A stretch of 23,878 bases of DNA, taken from assembly GCA_024626585.2 (NCBI GenBank), contig JANKJI020000002.1, forward strand, positions 264,004,210 to 264,028,087, given 5' to 3'. The number at the start of each line of letters is the position of its first letter. Position 1 is the first letter of the stretch. Made by a program: the position numbers and the translations under genes. This DNA is from Ginkgo biloba (Eukaryota > Plantae > Ginkgophyta). The notes beneath the pieces were generated by a model. It was given only the letters and a program-made list of their open reading frames with translations, searched no databases and was not told the DNA's origin. Below, piece by piece: positions 1-11,257 of this stretch.

Positions 1-75
1 TTCTCGATTTGTTTCTCTTCATCTAACTAATCATATGTTTATTTTTCTAGAAAAAAAAATTCTCCTAAGTTATTA

Positions 76-87
76 TGGTATCAATAC
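76..87 (+). promoter_or_regulatory. Possible degenerate tRNA-Met primer binding site (TGGTATCAATAC) after a T-rich LTR-like end
   Basis: TGGTATCA matches the first 8 nt of the canonical TGGTATCAGAGC. The upstream sequence ends ...TTATTA rather than CA, so support is weak. Confidence 0.25.
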
Positions 88-434
88 ATGACTAACTTAA
101 TTTTTCAAAAAATATGTAATTTTTTATCTCTAGTTTAATTTGTTGTTGGAGACTATTCTTCTATTTTTTATCTTCTTATGGTGAAAATATTTACTAAAAT
201 CTAAAAAATATAAAACTAACTTCCTTTTAAAAGAGGCACGCACTAGTGGATAATTACTAAAATTAGTGTTGGATAGTTAATAGAAATAATAGTTAAGCCT
301 TGATTAGTTCTAATATAATAGATTTTTAGTTAAATATCAAACTCTAACCACCATATAATTTTTTTTTTTTTTTTAAAACATTCTTTACCATAAATATTAA
401 GCACTTTCATACTCGAATTATGATAAGTTGTTCA

Positions 435-838
435 TGTGACCCTAATTATCAATAATCACTAATTAATTAGTAGAATAACTATCCCAAAGCATTAACTATT
501 GATTGGTAATAAGTAGTGATTAGTTAATATTAATGAAGGGTCACTTAGCAAAGAGGTGCGATGACGAGACACATACCTTAACCCTTTATGGCCCATATAT
601 AGGTCACAACCAGTTCATTTCAATCATATCTCATATCATAATTTATATTTTCTACTTCCTTCTTCTTAGAAGAAGAGGACCTAGTCCACATTGGGTAGCA
701 GGTGCTCCCAATGGTCAATTATGATGGCAGGTGCCCCACGAACCCCTTATTTCTATAACATTTGATAATATTTACTTAAAATACTATTTTCATTATAAAT
801 TATTAAATATTATTTAGTTATTTTCCATCTAGAACACA
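435..838 (+). mobile_element. LTR copy 1 (Ty3/Gypsy chromovirus-like)
   Basis: Begins TGTGAC and aligns to 7169-7547 with about 36-38 differences over ~378 bp by manual count (~90%). The 3' end at 838 is inferred from TGTG...CACA inverted termini, because the partner copy runs into a gap. Confidence 0.85.
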
Positions 839-842
839 ACAA

Positions 843-1259
843 AAGTATTTGAATTCCTAAGGTAGGCTGAATGCATGACATGCAAAGTGAGTAGAGTTCC
901 TACAATTATATTCCTTTATGTTGAAGCATAAATTTGGGAAGCTAAATCAAGTGATAAATGCATTAAGGCAGAGGATAATGTTATTGACAGAAATGATAAA
1001 TGAAGTCATAGGGTTTGAGTTAGTGAAGGGTATGTATGATACCAACAAGGATTTTTGTCAAGTAATGGAGTATTTGAGGAGTCTAATAATGACCAATGGA
1101 GATATCTATAGAGACTATTTCTTACAAGATGGATATATGTTAAAGGGATGATAGTTGTCCATCCTAGACAATTCCATATGAGATAAAATCATCTGCAAAT
1201 TACACAATGATGGTTTAGGAGGCCATTTTGGTAGAGACAAAATAATATCATTTGTGGAG
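843..1259 (+). pseudogene. Ty3/Gypsy pol fragment: RNase H C-terminus to integrase zinc-binding (HH) region, CRM-like
   Basis: One frame with stops reads KYLNS*GRLNA*HAK*VEFLQLYSFMLKHKFGKLNQVINALRQR...GFELVKGMYDTNKDF...LQDGYMLKG...LHNDGLGGHFGRDK. This matches the CRM-type RHAKWVEFLQ...VADALSRR and GLGGHFGRDKT motifs. It ends at an N gap. Confidence 0.92.
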
Positions 1260-1863
1260 NNNNNNNNNNNNNNNNNNNNNNNNNNNNNNNNNNNNNNNNN
1301 NNNNNNNNNNNNNNNNNNNNNNNNNNNNNNNNNNNNNNNNNNNNNNNNNNNNNNNNNNNNNNNNNNNNNNNNNNNNNNNNNNNNNNNNNNNNNNNNNNNN
1401 NNNNNNNNNNNNNNNNNNNNNNNNNNNNNNNNNNNNNNNNNNNNNNNNNNNNNNNNNNNNNNNNNNNNNNNNNNNNNNNNNNNNNNNNNNNNNNNNNNNN
1501 NNNNNNNNNNNNNNNNNNNNNNNNNNNNNNNNNNNNNNNNNNNNNNNNNNNNNNNNNNNNNNNNNNNNNNNNNNNNNNNNNNNNNNNNNNNNNNNNNNNN
1601 NNNNNNNNNNNNNNNNNNNNNNNNNNNNNNNNNNNNNNNNNNNNNNNNNNNNNNNNNNNNNNNNNNNNNNNNNNNNNNNNNNNNNNNNNNNNNNNNNNNN
1701 NNNNNNNNNNNNNNNNNNNNNNNNNNNNNNNNNNNNNNNNNNNNNNNNNNNNNNNNNNNNNNNNNNNNNNNNNNNNNNNNNNNNNNNNNNNNNNNNNNNN
1801 NNNNNNNNNNNNNNNNNNNNNNNNNNNNNNNNNNNNNNNNNNNNNNNNNNNNNNNNNNNNNNN

Positions 1864-3127
1864 AGCAAATAGAGACTCTCCAGTGTTCTATTATGTATGA
1901 ATATAGTATACAGGGTCGATAGATAGAAAATAGTCCAACAAATAAAGTGAACAGGTTGGCAAATGTGAGCGAATGGGTGAAAGGCTAAATGGAGGAGGAG
2001 AGAGAAAAAATGAATTTATGAATGGAGAGGAATTAGGAGAAGTGGAATATACCCTTAGAAAGGGCTCAAAAAAAGAAGACGGACTGTGAAAAAAGTTTGT
2101 CAAATGAACATCAGGAAGGTCGACAAATGAGAGACAAATGGTTCGATGAATAGGCAGTTATGTTCGTCAAACATATTAGTTATTTTTTTTGAGTAGTGAA
2201 GAAACATTCTTCAAACATTGAAGGAAATTTGATTTCATTCGTGTGTCGAACAGATTAGTTATATTCATCAAAAATTGAAGAACCGTTCGACGAACAATAA
2301 AGGGCCATGACAAAAACAATACAAATGATAGAAAATTAAAAAGAACCATGGGGCATTTATGGGAGGTAGTTGGCTTGCATTGGAGGATTTTAATGATCCC
2401 AACAACTTATTTTACATATTTTTATGGTAGGTGTAATTTTGGAGGGAGAGAGTTTGGGTATTCAATCGATTGGGGAGGAAGGAGATGGGAGCAACCCAGA
2501 CATGCATAATAGATCTATAAGGAGGAGGATAATAGGTATAAAGAAGAGAGCACAGAGGTCCAAAGTGGAAAGAAGAGAGGAAAAATAGAAAGAGAGTTTT
2601 TTAGCATTTGATCGATTAGAGAGGAAAGAACAAGGAGCATCCCAAAAGAGTAGAACAAATATGCTAGGAGGAGGAGAATAGGTCTAGAGAAGAGAATGCA
2701 AAGATCTAAAGAAAGAAGGAAGTGAGTTTGGAATTCAACCATGGGAGAGGAAATAGATGGGAAGCAACTAAGAATAACATAATAGTTCTCTAAGAGGGTA
2801 GATTTCATGGAGTAGGGATCTTCAAAGGAAGACGAAATTGGAAACGAAAGAAGTCCCAAGTAAGGGGAAACCATGGGAAACAAACTGAAGAAGGCAACAA
2901 GCATGACATGAAGGAAATAAGAAGAGAAGAAGAGATTGAAGGTCAAGAAGAGGATGTGAAGAAAAAAATAGGTTTGGGAGAAAGGGAATGGATAATAGGC
3001 CCAAGTTGGAGAATAATGAAGACATATTTTAAAAAGGAAGAGATCTGGGTTTGTGAGGTGACCTTGTAGGGATTGTGAACTTTGTTTGGTGAAGAGGGAT
3101 AGAGGAAGATGAGTTGGGTCAAAGAGT
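1864..3127 (+). repeat. Partial copy of a long purine-rich LTR-like repeat (copy A), both ends in gaps
   Basis: Colinear with ~4101-5338. Shared blocks include GAGAAGTGGAATATAC, AAAGGGCTCAAAAAAA, AAGTCCCAAGTAAGGGGA, GAGGTGACCTTGTAGGGA and TTGGGTCAAAGAG. Roughly 70-75% identity by eye. Confidence 0.8.
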
Positions 3128-3771
3128 NNNNNNNNNNNNNNNNNNNNNNNNNNNNNNNNNNNNNNNNNNNNNNNNNNNNNNNNNNNNNNNNNNNNNNNNN
3201 NNNNNNNNNNNNNNNNNNNNNNNNNNNNNNNNNNNNNNNNNNNNNNNNNNNNNNNNNNNNNNNNNNNNNNNNNNNNNNNNNNNNNNNNNNNNNNNNNNNN
3301 NNNNNNNNNNNNNNNNNNNNNNNNNNNNNNNNNNNNNNNNNNNNNNNNNNNNNNNNNNNNNNNNNNNNNNNNNNNNNNNNNNNNNNNNNNNNNNNNNNNN
3401 NNNNNNNNNNNNNNNNNNNNNNNNNNNNNNNNNNNNNNNNNNNNNNNNNNNNNNNNNNNNNNNNNNNNNNNNNNNNNNNNNNNNNNNNNNNNNNNNNNNN
3501 NNNNNNNNNNNNNNNTTCTTTGTCTGCTATAAAAAAATAATAATAAAACTAGTACCCAAACTTTAAACTCAAATTATGATCATTTATAGTAATTTTTAGG
3601 GAAAAATATTTATAAAAATATTATATTTTTTAATTTTTATGATATACCATATATTTATGTTTGAAATGATCTTTCATTTTTCTCAAACAGAGCAATGAGC
3701 AAAAAAAGTTATGACCTCCGAATGATGACTATATCAATCTTGTTGTGAAAAGCTACAATCTCAAAAATGTG

Positions 3772-3938
3772 GATTTGATACCATGTTGAAATATTTAAAA
3801 TTGAAGATCTATTAAACTAATCTAAAGAAACAAAACTAAACATCATACATAGAAAATACAAACATAAAAATGCATAATAGAATCACATTCATGACTCTTC
3901 TATTTATATCTCCTCTAATACATTATTTGAATTGCCTA
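3772..3938 (-). mobile_element. Minus-strand LTR 3' end (...CAACA) plus tRNA-Met PBS; Copia-like fragment truncated at 3938
   Basis: The plus strand reads GATTTGATACCA|TGTTG, which on the minus strand is CAACA followed by TGGTATCAAATC (PBS, 10/12 to TGGTATCAGAGC, 3772-3783). The LTR begins at 3784 and is cut off by the TG start at 3939. Confidence 0.7.
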
Positions 3939-5753
3939 TGTGATGCAGGGGCATCACTCATATTGGTCATAGCGAGGTAGCGACAGTGGATTTGGTGAGA
4001 AAGAAGTTAAGTTTTATACAAGCGAGTTGAAGGGTTGATCAAAAGGATGAAAAGTTGTTTATTGAGTGAGAAAATGGTCAAGTAAAAGAAGAAATGAGAG
4101 ATCAAACAGAGAATCCCAAGTATTCCATCAAGTACAAATATAGTATATAGGGATGGTGGATGGAAAATAGTCTAACAAATGGAGCAAATAGGTCAAACAA
4201 TAGGATAAAGTGGTTGAAGGGTTGAATGAAAGAGGAGAGAGAAAAAAATAAAGGAATTTTTGAACAAAGCAGAATTTGGAGAAGTGGAATATACGCTTCG
4301 AAAGGGCTCAAAAAAATAAGATAAAGTGTGAAAAATATTTGCCAAATAGGCATCGAGAAGGTCAACAAATGACAGTGAAAAAAATAGTTATGTTCGATGA
4401 ATGAATCAATTATGTTCGTCGAATGACCCTATACCGCTCGATGAACAATAAAGAGCTGTGATGAAAAAATAGAAAAATGACGGGAATAAAAACAAAGTTG
4501 TAGAAGCATTTATGGCACATGGGAGACCTATGTAGTGGATATTAAGGCACCTACAACACATTTTTAAGGGAATTAATGAGCCCAATAACTTGTTTTAATT
4601 ATTTTTGTGGTAGGTGGAATTTTGGAGGAAGAACGACTTGGAGAAAGGGAGAGAGTTTGGGCATTCGGCTAATTGGGGAGGAAGGAATTGGGAGAATCTA
4701 AGAAGTGAAAAATGGATTTTCAAGGAGGATTAAAGAAGGTATAGAGAAGAGAGTGCTGATCTCCAAAGTAGAAAGAAGAGAGAAAAAATAGAAAGAGAGT
4801 TTTTTGGCATTCGACTAATTGGAGAGGAAAGAGTGGGGAGCAACCCATAAGAGAAGAACAAATCTATCAAGAGGAGGACATTAGGTCCAAACAAGAGAGT
4901 GCAGATCTCTAAATAGGAAAGAAAGAAGGAAGTGAGTTTGGCATTTAGCCGGGGGAGAGAAAATAGCTAGGTAACAACCAAGAATAGTAGAATAGGTTAG
5001 TAAGAGGGAAGATTGCAAGGAACAGGGAGATCCAAAGGAAGAGGAAAGTGGAAAGGGAAAAAGTCCCAAGTAAGGGGAGGCCATAGACGACAAACTCACG
5101 AAGGAGACAAGCATGCCATAAAGGAAATAATAAGAGAAGAAGAGAGTGAAGGACAAGAAGAGATCGTGAAGTAAGAAAATAAGTTCAAGAGAAACAAAAT
5201 GGACTACAGGTCCAAGTTGGAGAATGAGGAGGATAAATTTGGAAAAGGAAAACATTTGGGTCCATGAGGTGACCTTGTAGGGACTATGAAGTTCATTTAG
5301 TGAAGAGGGAAGGAGGAAGATGATTTGGGTCAAAGAGATGACCTTGAANNNNNNNNNNNNNNNNNNNNNNNNNNNNNNNNNNNNNNNNNNNNNNNNNNNN
5401 NNNAGTCCACAGAGGGAGCTTTGGTAATTTAATAAAAAACCCTAATGGGATATGATTGTATTTATTTCTATTTTTTAGTCCATGGGCCATATTTTATATA
5501 AAGGCTTTGAATCTCATGCATGTAATTCATATTTTAGGCTGGTGGGCCAAGAGCACATGAAATATTTAGATTTCTTATGTGGTTGTATGTTGTGGATATG
5601 ATGAGGCCTGCATTCCATTGAAATTATATTTTCATTTGGTATGTTTTTATGACTGTTTGTATATCATATGGGTTTGTGGAGAAAATGCCTTTGAAGGGTT
5701 GGGCCATGACACTAGGGACAAAGCTAAAAATCCCATTTGGATCCTAGGTAGCA
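3939..5753 (+). mobile_element. ~1.8 kb purine-rich LTR (copy B)
   Basis: Starts TGTGATG with an abrupt composition change and is homologous to 1864-3127. TATATAAA at 5495-5502 is followed by a GT-rich U5-like region. Candidate ends are CATGACA (5711, 6/7 inverted match to the start) or GTAGCA (5753, followed by PBS-like GTTGGTA). Confidence 0.65.
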
Positions 5754-7151
5754 GTTGGTAGTTGGAGGTAACAGGTAACAGACTGCACCAAATTCTTTGT
5801 TAATCACTTATATTTGGATAGACCATACATACCCCAAAAAATCCTCCCTCTATCCTCTTCATTTTTCTTGAGGGAAATGATTTCGAGGAAGGCTGAAGTA
5901 TTCTACCAATAAAAGATAAAAATCTTAAAAGGATGCAATTTTTAGGGAAGATTTGATGAGGACATTAATTTAATGGAAATTGACATAGTGGATGGACATT
6001 TTTTTATTACAATATATGGAATACATGGAACTCATAAGGTCTTAAGCTGGTGAAGAAATTTTAGCATGAATAGGTTGTCAAGGAAAGACATAAGGAAGTA
6101 TTAAATCAAAAGAAGGATAACAAGGACTTCGAAGAGCTACTAAGATTTCTCTGAAGTCTCAATGATAGTTTCCACGAGATAAAATAAAATTGTCACCAAG
6201 CAAAGCTAAACATTCAACAATTGAAAAAAAATTTCGAGGAAACTCGAGAAAACATTAACAAAATAGAACTATTGGAAAATAAACATATAACAAAGAAGGT
6301 CGAAGTTAGTTATAATAATTAAGACACAGATGAGAACCCCAAAGAGTTTCCTATATGTTCATCTCAACTGTCTATTCAGGATTTTCATGACCACATGACA
6401 TTTTGAATTTCGTGTCAAAAAATGGCATACAAGATTGCTTGCAAAATACATCCACTTCTCCAATGTTTAGTGTTCATGATATAGTAGAAGATAGAGCTAC
6501 ATATGGAATATTAGAAGAAGCTATTAGGCCTAATGATAAATGTAGAGTTATTATTTTTTTTATGCAAGGGTTTGATTAGCCCCAATGAATGAACATCCTT
6601 TGGGAACCCTCTACTTATTCTTGTTGTGAAAACTGGAAATGAGAAAATTATGAATCTTTTAGACTTACCCCAAGCATAGGACATGGTCGATTTAATGCAT
6701 CATTCCATAAATGGGTGCATTACTCGATGTTAATAATCACTCGATGCCAAGAAACACCAATGATGAACAACTGTCATTGTTGTGGTTTGAACATAGGAGG
6801 AAAAATATAAAATTTACAAATGTTAAAGTGAATATTAAAAATAGAATGTTCTTATTTCGAAAATAATATTATAAAATAAATGAAAGAAATTTTATAAATT
6901 TAAAGATGTTATATTTAATAAAATTAATATGATGTTAATTAAGCCTGAGATTCTGAATTAAAATAGTCATAGGATTATACCATATACCTCTTGAGTTTTA
7001 AAAGAAGTATTTTACATATTTTATGTCTTAAAAAATGACATCAAACAAATAATAATTAATATCAAACATTTGAAGGTGGACGGTATGTGATCTTGTGTTA
7101 GAAGTGCAAGAATGCGTCTACTTCAATACTCCTCCAAGGACAAAGAAATCT

Positions 7152-7168
7152 AAGAAGGGAGGGAATGA
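7152..7168 (+). promoter_or_regulatory. Polypurine tract (PPT) of an LTR retrotransposon
   Basis: AAGAAGGGAGGGAA-TGA lies immediately before the TG of LTR copy 2, the typical chromovirus PPT layout. Confidence 0.85.
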
Positions 7169-7547
7169 TGTGACTCTAATTATCAGTAATCACTAATTAA
7201 TTACTAGAATAACTATCCCAAAGCATTAACTATTGATTGGTAATAATTAGTGAATAATTAATATTAACGAAAGGTCACTCAATGAAGAGGTGAGATGACA
7301 AGACACATACCTTGACCATTTATGTCTTGTATATAGGTCACAACCAATTCATTTCAATCATATCTCATATCATAATTTATTCTTTATACTTCCTTCTTCT
7401 CAGAAGAAGAGGACCTAGTCCACATTGGGTAGAAGGTTCTCCCAATGGTTAATTATGGTGGCAAGAGCCCCATGACCCCCTTATTTCTATAATAGTTGAT
7501 AATATTTACTTAAAATACTATTTTCATTATAAGTTATTAAATTGTTA
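7169..7547 (+). mobile_element. LTR copy 2 (3' LTR), truncated by a 100-N gap
   Basis: TG start preceded by a PPT; ~90% identical to 435-812. Confidence 0.88.
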
Positions 7548-8184
7548 NNNNNNNNNNNNNNNNNNNNNNNNNNNNNNNNNNNNNNNNNNNNNNNNNNNNN
7601 NNNNNNNNNNNNNNNNNNNNNNNNNNNNNNNNNNNNNNNNNNNNNNNAAAATGGTTACATTCACCAAAAAAACTTAAGAACCAATAATAAGTTCATTTTA
7701 CTCCATGTGACCAAAAGCAGAGGGTCAAAAGACTAGAAAAATAAAGTTTTTATCTTCAACATGTGACTAGGGGATAGAACAAAATGGGTTATAGTGATTA
7801 AAAAGGCTAGATTTCAAAGATGTTTCCAATGTGATTTAATTAAGTCACACTTTAGAAATAAAACAAAATATTTCCAAAATTTTTAAATTTGGTCAAAATG
7901 GCTTATGCAACTTGCATGCAACCATGGTGATGGAATTTTGCAATCGGGTTAATTTTTTTTAGGGCACTTTATAATAAAATCTACTCATTGGCCCATACAT
8001 TTTCTTCCTCTGCTCCATCCATCATTGTAAGGCCTATTAATATGCTATGTAATATGTGGATGATGAGAAAATCCAATAGATACCCATTGCCTTCAAATTC
8101 ATACGTGCCCTTTCATACACTCAAGAAAAACTTTGTGATGGATTTATGTTGGGGGTAATTAGCTACAACAATGTTAAAAGTAGC

Positions 8185-9060
8185 TCATGGTTTTTTTATA
8201 ATGGAATATTTTGATGTTGATTGTAGGCTCTGACTAATACCAATAAGATACAAAACATCACCCCTACATAAATCAGGTTTAGGAAGAAGTGTTGTCGCAT
8301 GTATAGTTGTAGCACCAATAGGACCTAGTGCATAAGGATCATATGCTACCAATGCATAATTATGTACAAGGTGCATAAAAATAACCTCTACAGTATTTTT
8401 CACAGGAAGCACAACAAATGCCAATATGAAATCAGATACAGAAATGACAATTGTATTCTTATCAACAAAAACTAATCCCATGTTTGTGGAATGATAAAAA
8501 ACCACTCCTATTCCAAAATACATTCAACATGCAAAGCATACACACCATTAATCATGGGAATGTTTAGATTTATGATCGTGATTTAGTTTTAATTTCTAAT
8601 ACAAAATCTATTATCATGTCCCTTCTGACTATTTTAATTTCTCCCCATTTGGTTCATCCTATTATTATTTGATTATTTTTGTTCCCTCTCTTGTTATTAT
8701 TTCCTCCATTATTTTAATTAAGGAATAAGATAGTCCAGAAGGCATATCAATCATGATCGAATTTGTAGGCTTACTTGGGTACTGAGCATTTAATCAAAAT
8801 AATCAAATCACCCTAATTCCTACCATTTTTATTTCTATTTTTATTTCTACCATTATTATTGTTAGGATTTTGATTTTTAGGGTTAGTATTCCTTTGGTTT
8901 GGATTTCCTCTTTGGTATTAAATTTTACCATTTGTGAACACAACAACTGAGGTTTGTCCTTGATTGAAAGTTTTCATTATGGGATATTATTTTATAATAT
9001 GTTGCATATGGGGTGAAATTGGTATTCAATAAATATTCAATATATTAATTTTGGGATGAT
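8185..9060 (-). pseudogene. Degenerate Asn/Gly-rich coding remnant, possibly a retrotransposon gag C-terminal region
   Basis: The minus strand reads ...YQRGNPNQRNTNPKNQNPNNNNGRNKNRNKNGRN*...NNGGNNNKRGNKNNQ and is followed by the 8185-8523 ORF. This low-complexity composition is typical of gag tails, but no diagnostic motif is intact. Confidence 0.3.
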
Positions 9061-9329
9061 CTATATTACNNNNNNNNNNNNNNNNNNNNNNNNNNNNNNN
9101 NNNNNNNNNNNNNNNNNNNNNNNNNNNNNNNNNNNNNNNNNNNNNNNNNNNNNNNNNNNNNNNNNNNNNGAGACAAGAGGTGGGGGAAAAGACAAAAATG
9201 ACACAAGATCAGAGATGAGATAAAAGTAGAGGACAAAGACAAGAGATGTAATAAAAATAAGATGAGATAAAAAATGAGCTATGAATTGTGACAATTATTT
9301 ATCACAGTTGAACTCCTTACATGGGATCA

Positions 9330-9810
9330 TGGATTCGGTAATAATTGTCGACAAGTTTGTGCATAATAATTTTGTGTAAAAATTTTCTTTCTTTATGTTT
9401 GAATTTTGTTATGTGGTGTATCTAAATTGCATTAAAAAAAACATAATATAATCTATCTTACATAGGTATTCTAGGTTTTTAATTGTTAGAAATACGTAGT
9501 GGTCTTCCATATGCTATTAGTTGTCAAGTGATTTTTTTGTAAGATTATCATGCAACTTACTTACAAAATTTCCATGCTAATTTGTTATAGCTTTGTTGTT
9601 TCATCTGTGAACTATTTTTTTCATGTGGGTTTCTACCATTTAGCACAGGACTGTAATCTATACATTAATAATAGTTTTCCTAATTGAACACTTATCATTC
9701 ATGAACTTGAGGTCTTTAATGGTTTTGTTGGGAATACTTAGGGCATACTCACTAAGGTTGATCCTCAAACTCACCACCTAACATTTATGAACTTTTGCAT
9801 TACTATTTTT
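9330..9810 (+). pseudogene. Possible highly decayed LINE (L1-like) ORF1 fragment (DUF4283-like)
   Basis: Frameshifted pieces occur in the expected order: WIR**LSTSL..CKIFFL, SGLPYAISCQVIFL*DYH and FVGNT*GILTKVDPQT...F. They resemble the plant LINE ORF1 motifs KGFF, GPW..L..W.P and IGN.LG...KVD..T...FAR. Confidence 0.35.
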
Positions 9811-11257
9811 TGTGTTATGAGATGCTTCCAGTTTTGGATGTGCCTTATTATTTTATTGTGGAAGTTACATGTTTCTTCATGATAAAAATAAATATTTTCC
9901 CTTTTTATAACTTGGAGAAGGGATGTTAATATATAACTATATACATGTTATACAGAGTTGTGAAATTTTAAAAATTCATATTCAAGACTATAGGAAGAAG
10001 AAACTCTGATAAGAGAAATCATTTCAAGTTTGGTGTTGTCATCAATTGGGGCTCTCTCATAATTATTTGGTTTTGTTTTTTCTCTAAGTGTATTTATTTG
10101 TGTAACTAATTTTATTTCAACTTCATGCATAGCCATAATATAAATAGTCACCAAGCTATTACTATTAATTTCCCTTATCATTGTTCAGAAATGTTGGAGT
10201 AGGATATGGGAATACTTGGCCTAACTAAACTAGATGCTTAAAAATAATGATTTTAATTTGGTTGGAAGAAATATATTATTTTTAATTTAAGATTATATGA
10301 GAAATGAGTTCTTTAAGTTTTTTTTCTTTTCCTTTTTCCCCTTTTATGTAGAGTAGTTTCTTCAATTAAATGTATATAGTTTTGCCACGTTTTTGACATG
10401 TTATGGATACATTGTTGGAAAGTAAGAGAAATGCACATCCATTTTTAAGAGTGTATGAGTAATNNNNNNNNNNNNNNNNNNNNNNNNNNNNNNNNNNNNN
10501 NNNNNNNNNNNNNNNNNNNNNNNNNNNNNNNNNNNNNNNNNNNNNNNNNNNNNNNNNNNNNNNTCATATGACCATGACTTTAAAGGCTTTTAGAAAGATT
10601 TAGCATCCAAAATGAATAAGTTATATGATTATGACTAAGAAACAATAGAATAGGCTAAACAAATCTTTGACCATTAAACATTAAATAAACATATATGTTA
10701 AGCACCAATAGCACGGCAAAATTGTCGTTTAATCTGCAATCATCCAACCAACCAATCATAAATCACACATTTAACAATTGCCCATTGAAAAATAAATAAT
10801 CAAAATCACCCATTTAACAATCGATTACTACCATGCTGATGTCTTCAGTGCTATTTCATGCAAGGGCCATTTTTGTTAATAAGGCTACTGCATGGATATG
10901 GGGGGATTTGATCTTGGGATCTACTACTGAATATGATTCTATTTATGGAAGATGCTTACATTTCAAAGTCACGTGAATGAAAAGGATAAATATTATATAT
11001 CAATTTTAGTAGACATTCTTTTGTACTACAAACACATCGTGCAAGGGTTTGATTTCTCAGATCTAAGACGCTCTTAAACATAGAAACTATGAAAAGATGA
11101 ACAATAGTTGCAACATTAAAACCTGATACATCAATGATAAAAAAAGAAAATTTAGTAGCATCGTTGATGTTATAAATCATAGCAAAGATTCAATTTTTAT
11201 CACTTGACACAAAAATATTAGCAGCATCATTGAATACTAATCAACGTCATGTAGCGT

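Noticed and set aside
359-374. Poly-T run as a retroposon poly(A) tail
   Set aside because: No adjacent SINE/LINE body or TSD is recognisable; the background is AT-rich.
533-724. 63-aa ORF
   Set aside because: It lies inside the LTR; the start codon is ACG in the second copy and there is no recognisable domain.
1248-1922. Long ORFs spanning N runs (also 3109-3566, 14717-15692 and others)
   Set aside because: Artefacts of translating gaps; only the Helitron residues after 15538 are meaningful.
2515-5333. Hydrophobic F/L/S-rich minus-strand ORFs (1891-2103, 2515-2946, 2822-3025, 4102-4368, 4881-5333) resembling membrane proteins
   Set aside because: They are the antisense shadow of a GA-rich LTR; pyrimidine-rich codons give F/L/S/P and few stops. 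Their similarity to each other just reflects the repeat.
3934-5760. Solo-LTR with TSD for the 3939 LTR
   Set aside because: The left flank GCCTA matches neither CTAGG (after 5711) nor GTTGG (after 5753).
6562-6640. Resemblance to an RT N-terminus (KGLISP..TSFGNPLLILVVK)
   Set aside because: Too weak, and no downstream RT motifs (R.C.DYR.LN, YxDD) follow.
7830-7849. Near-palindrome TGTGATTTAATTAAGTCACA
   Set aside because: Isolated and AT-rich, with no associated element terminus such as a Helitron CTRR end.
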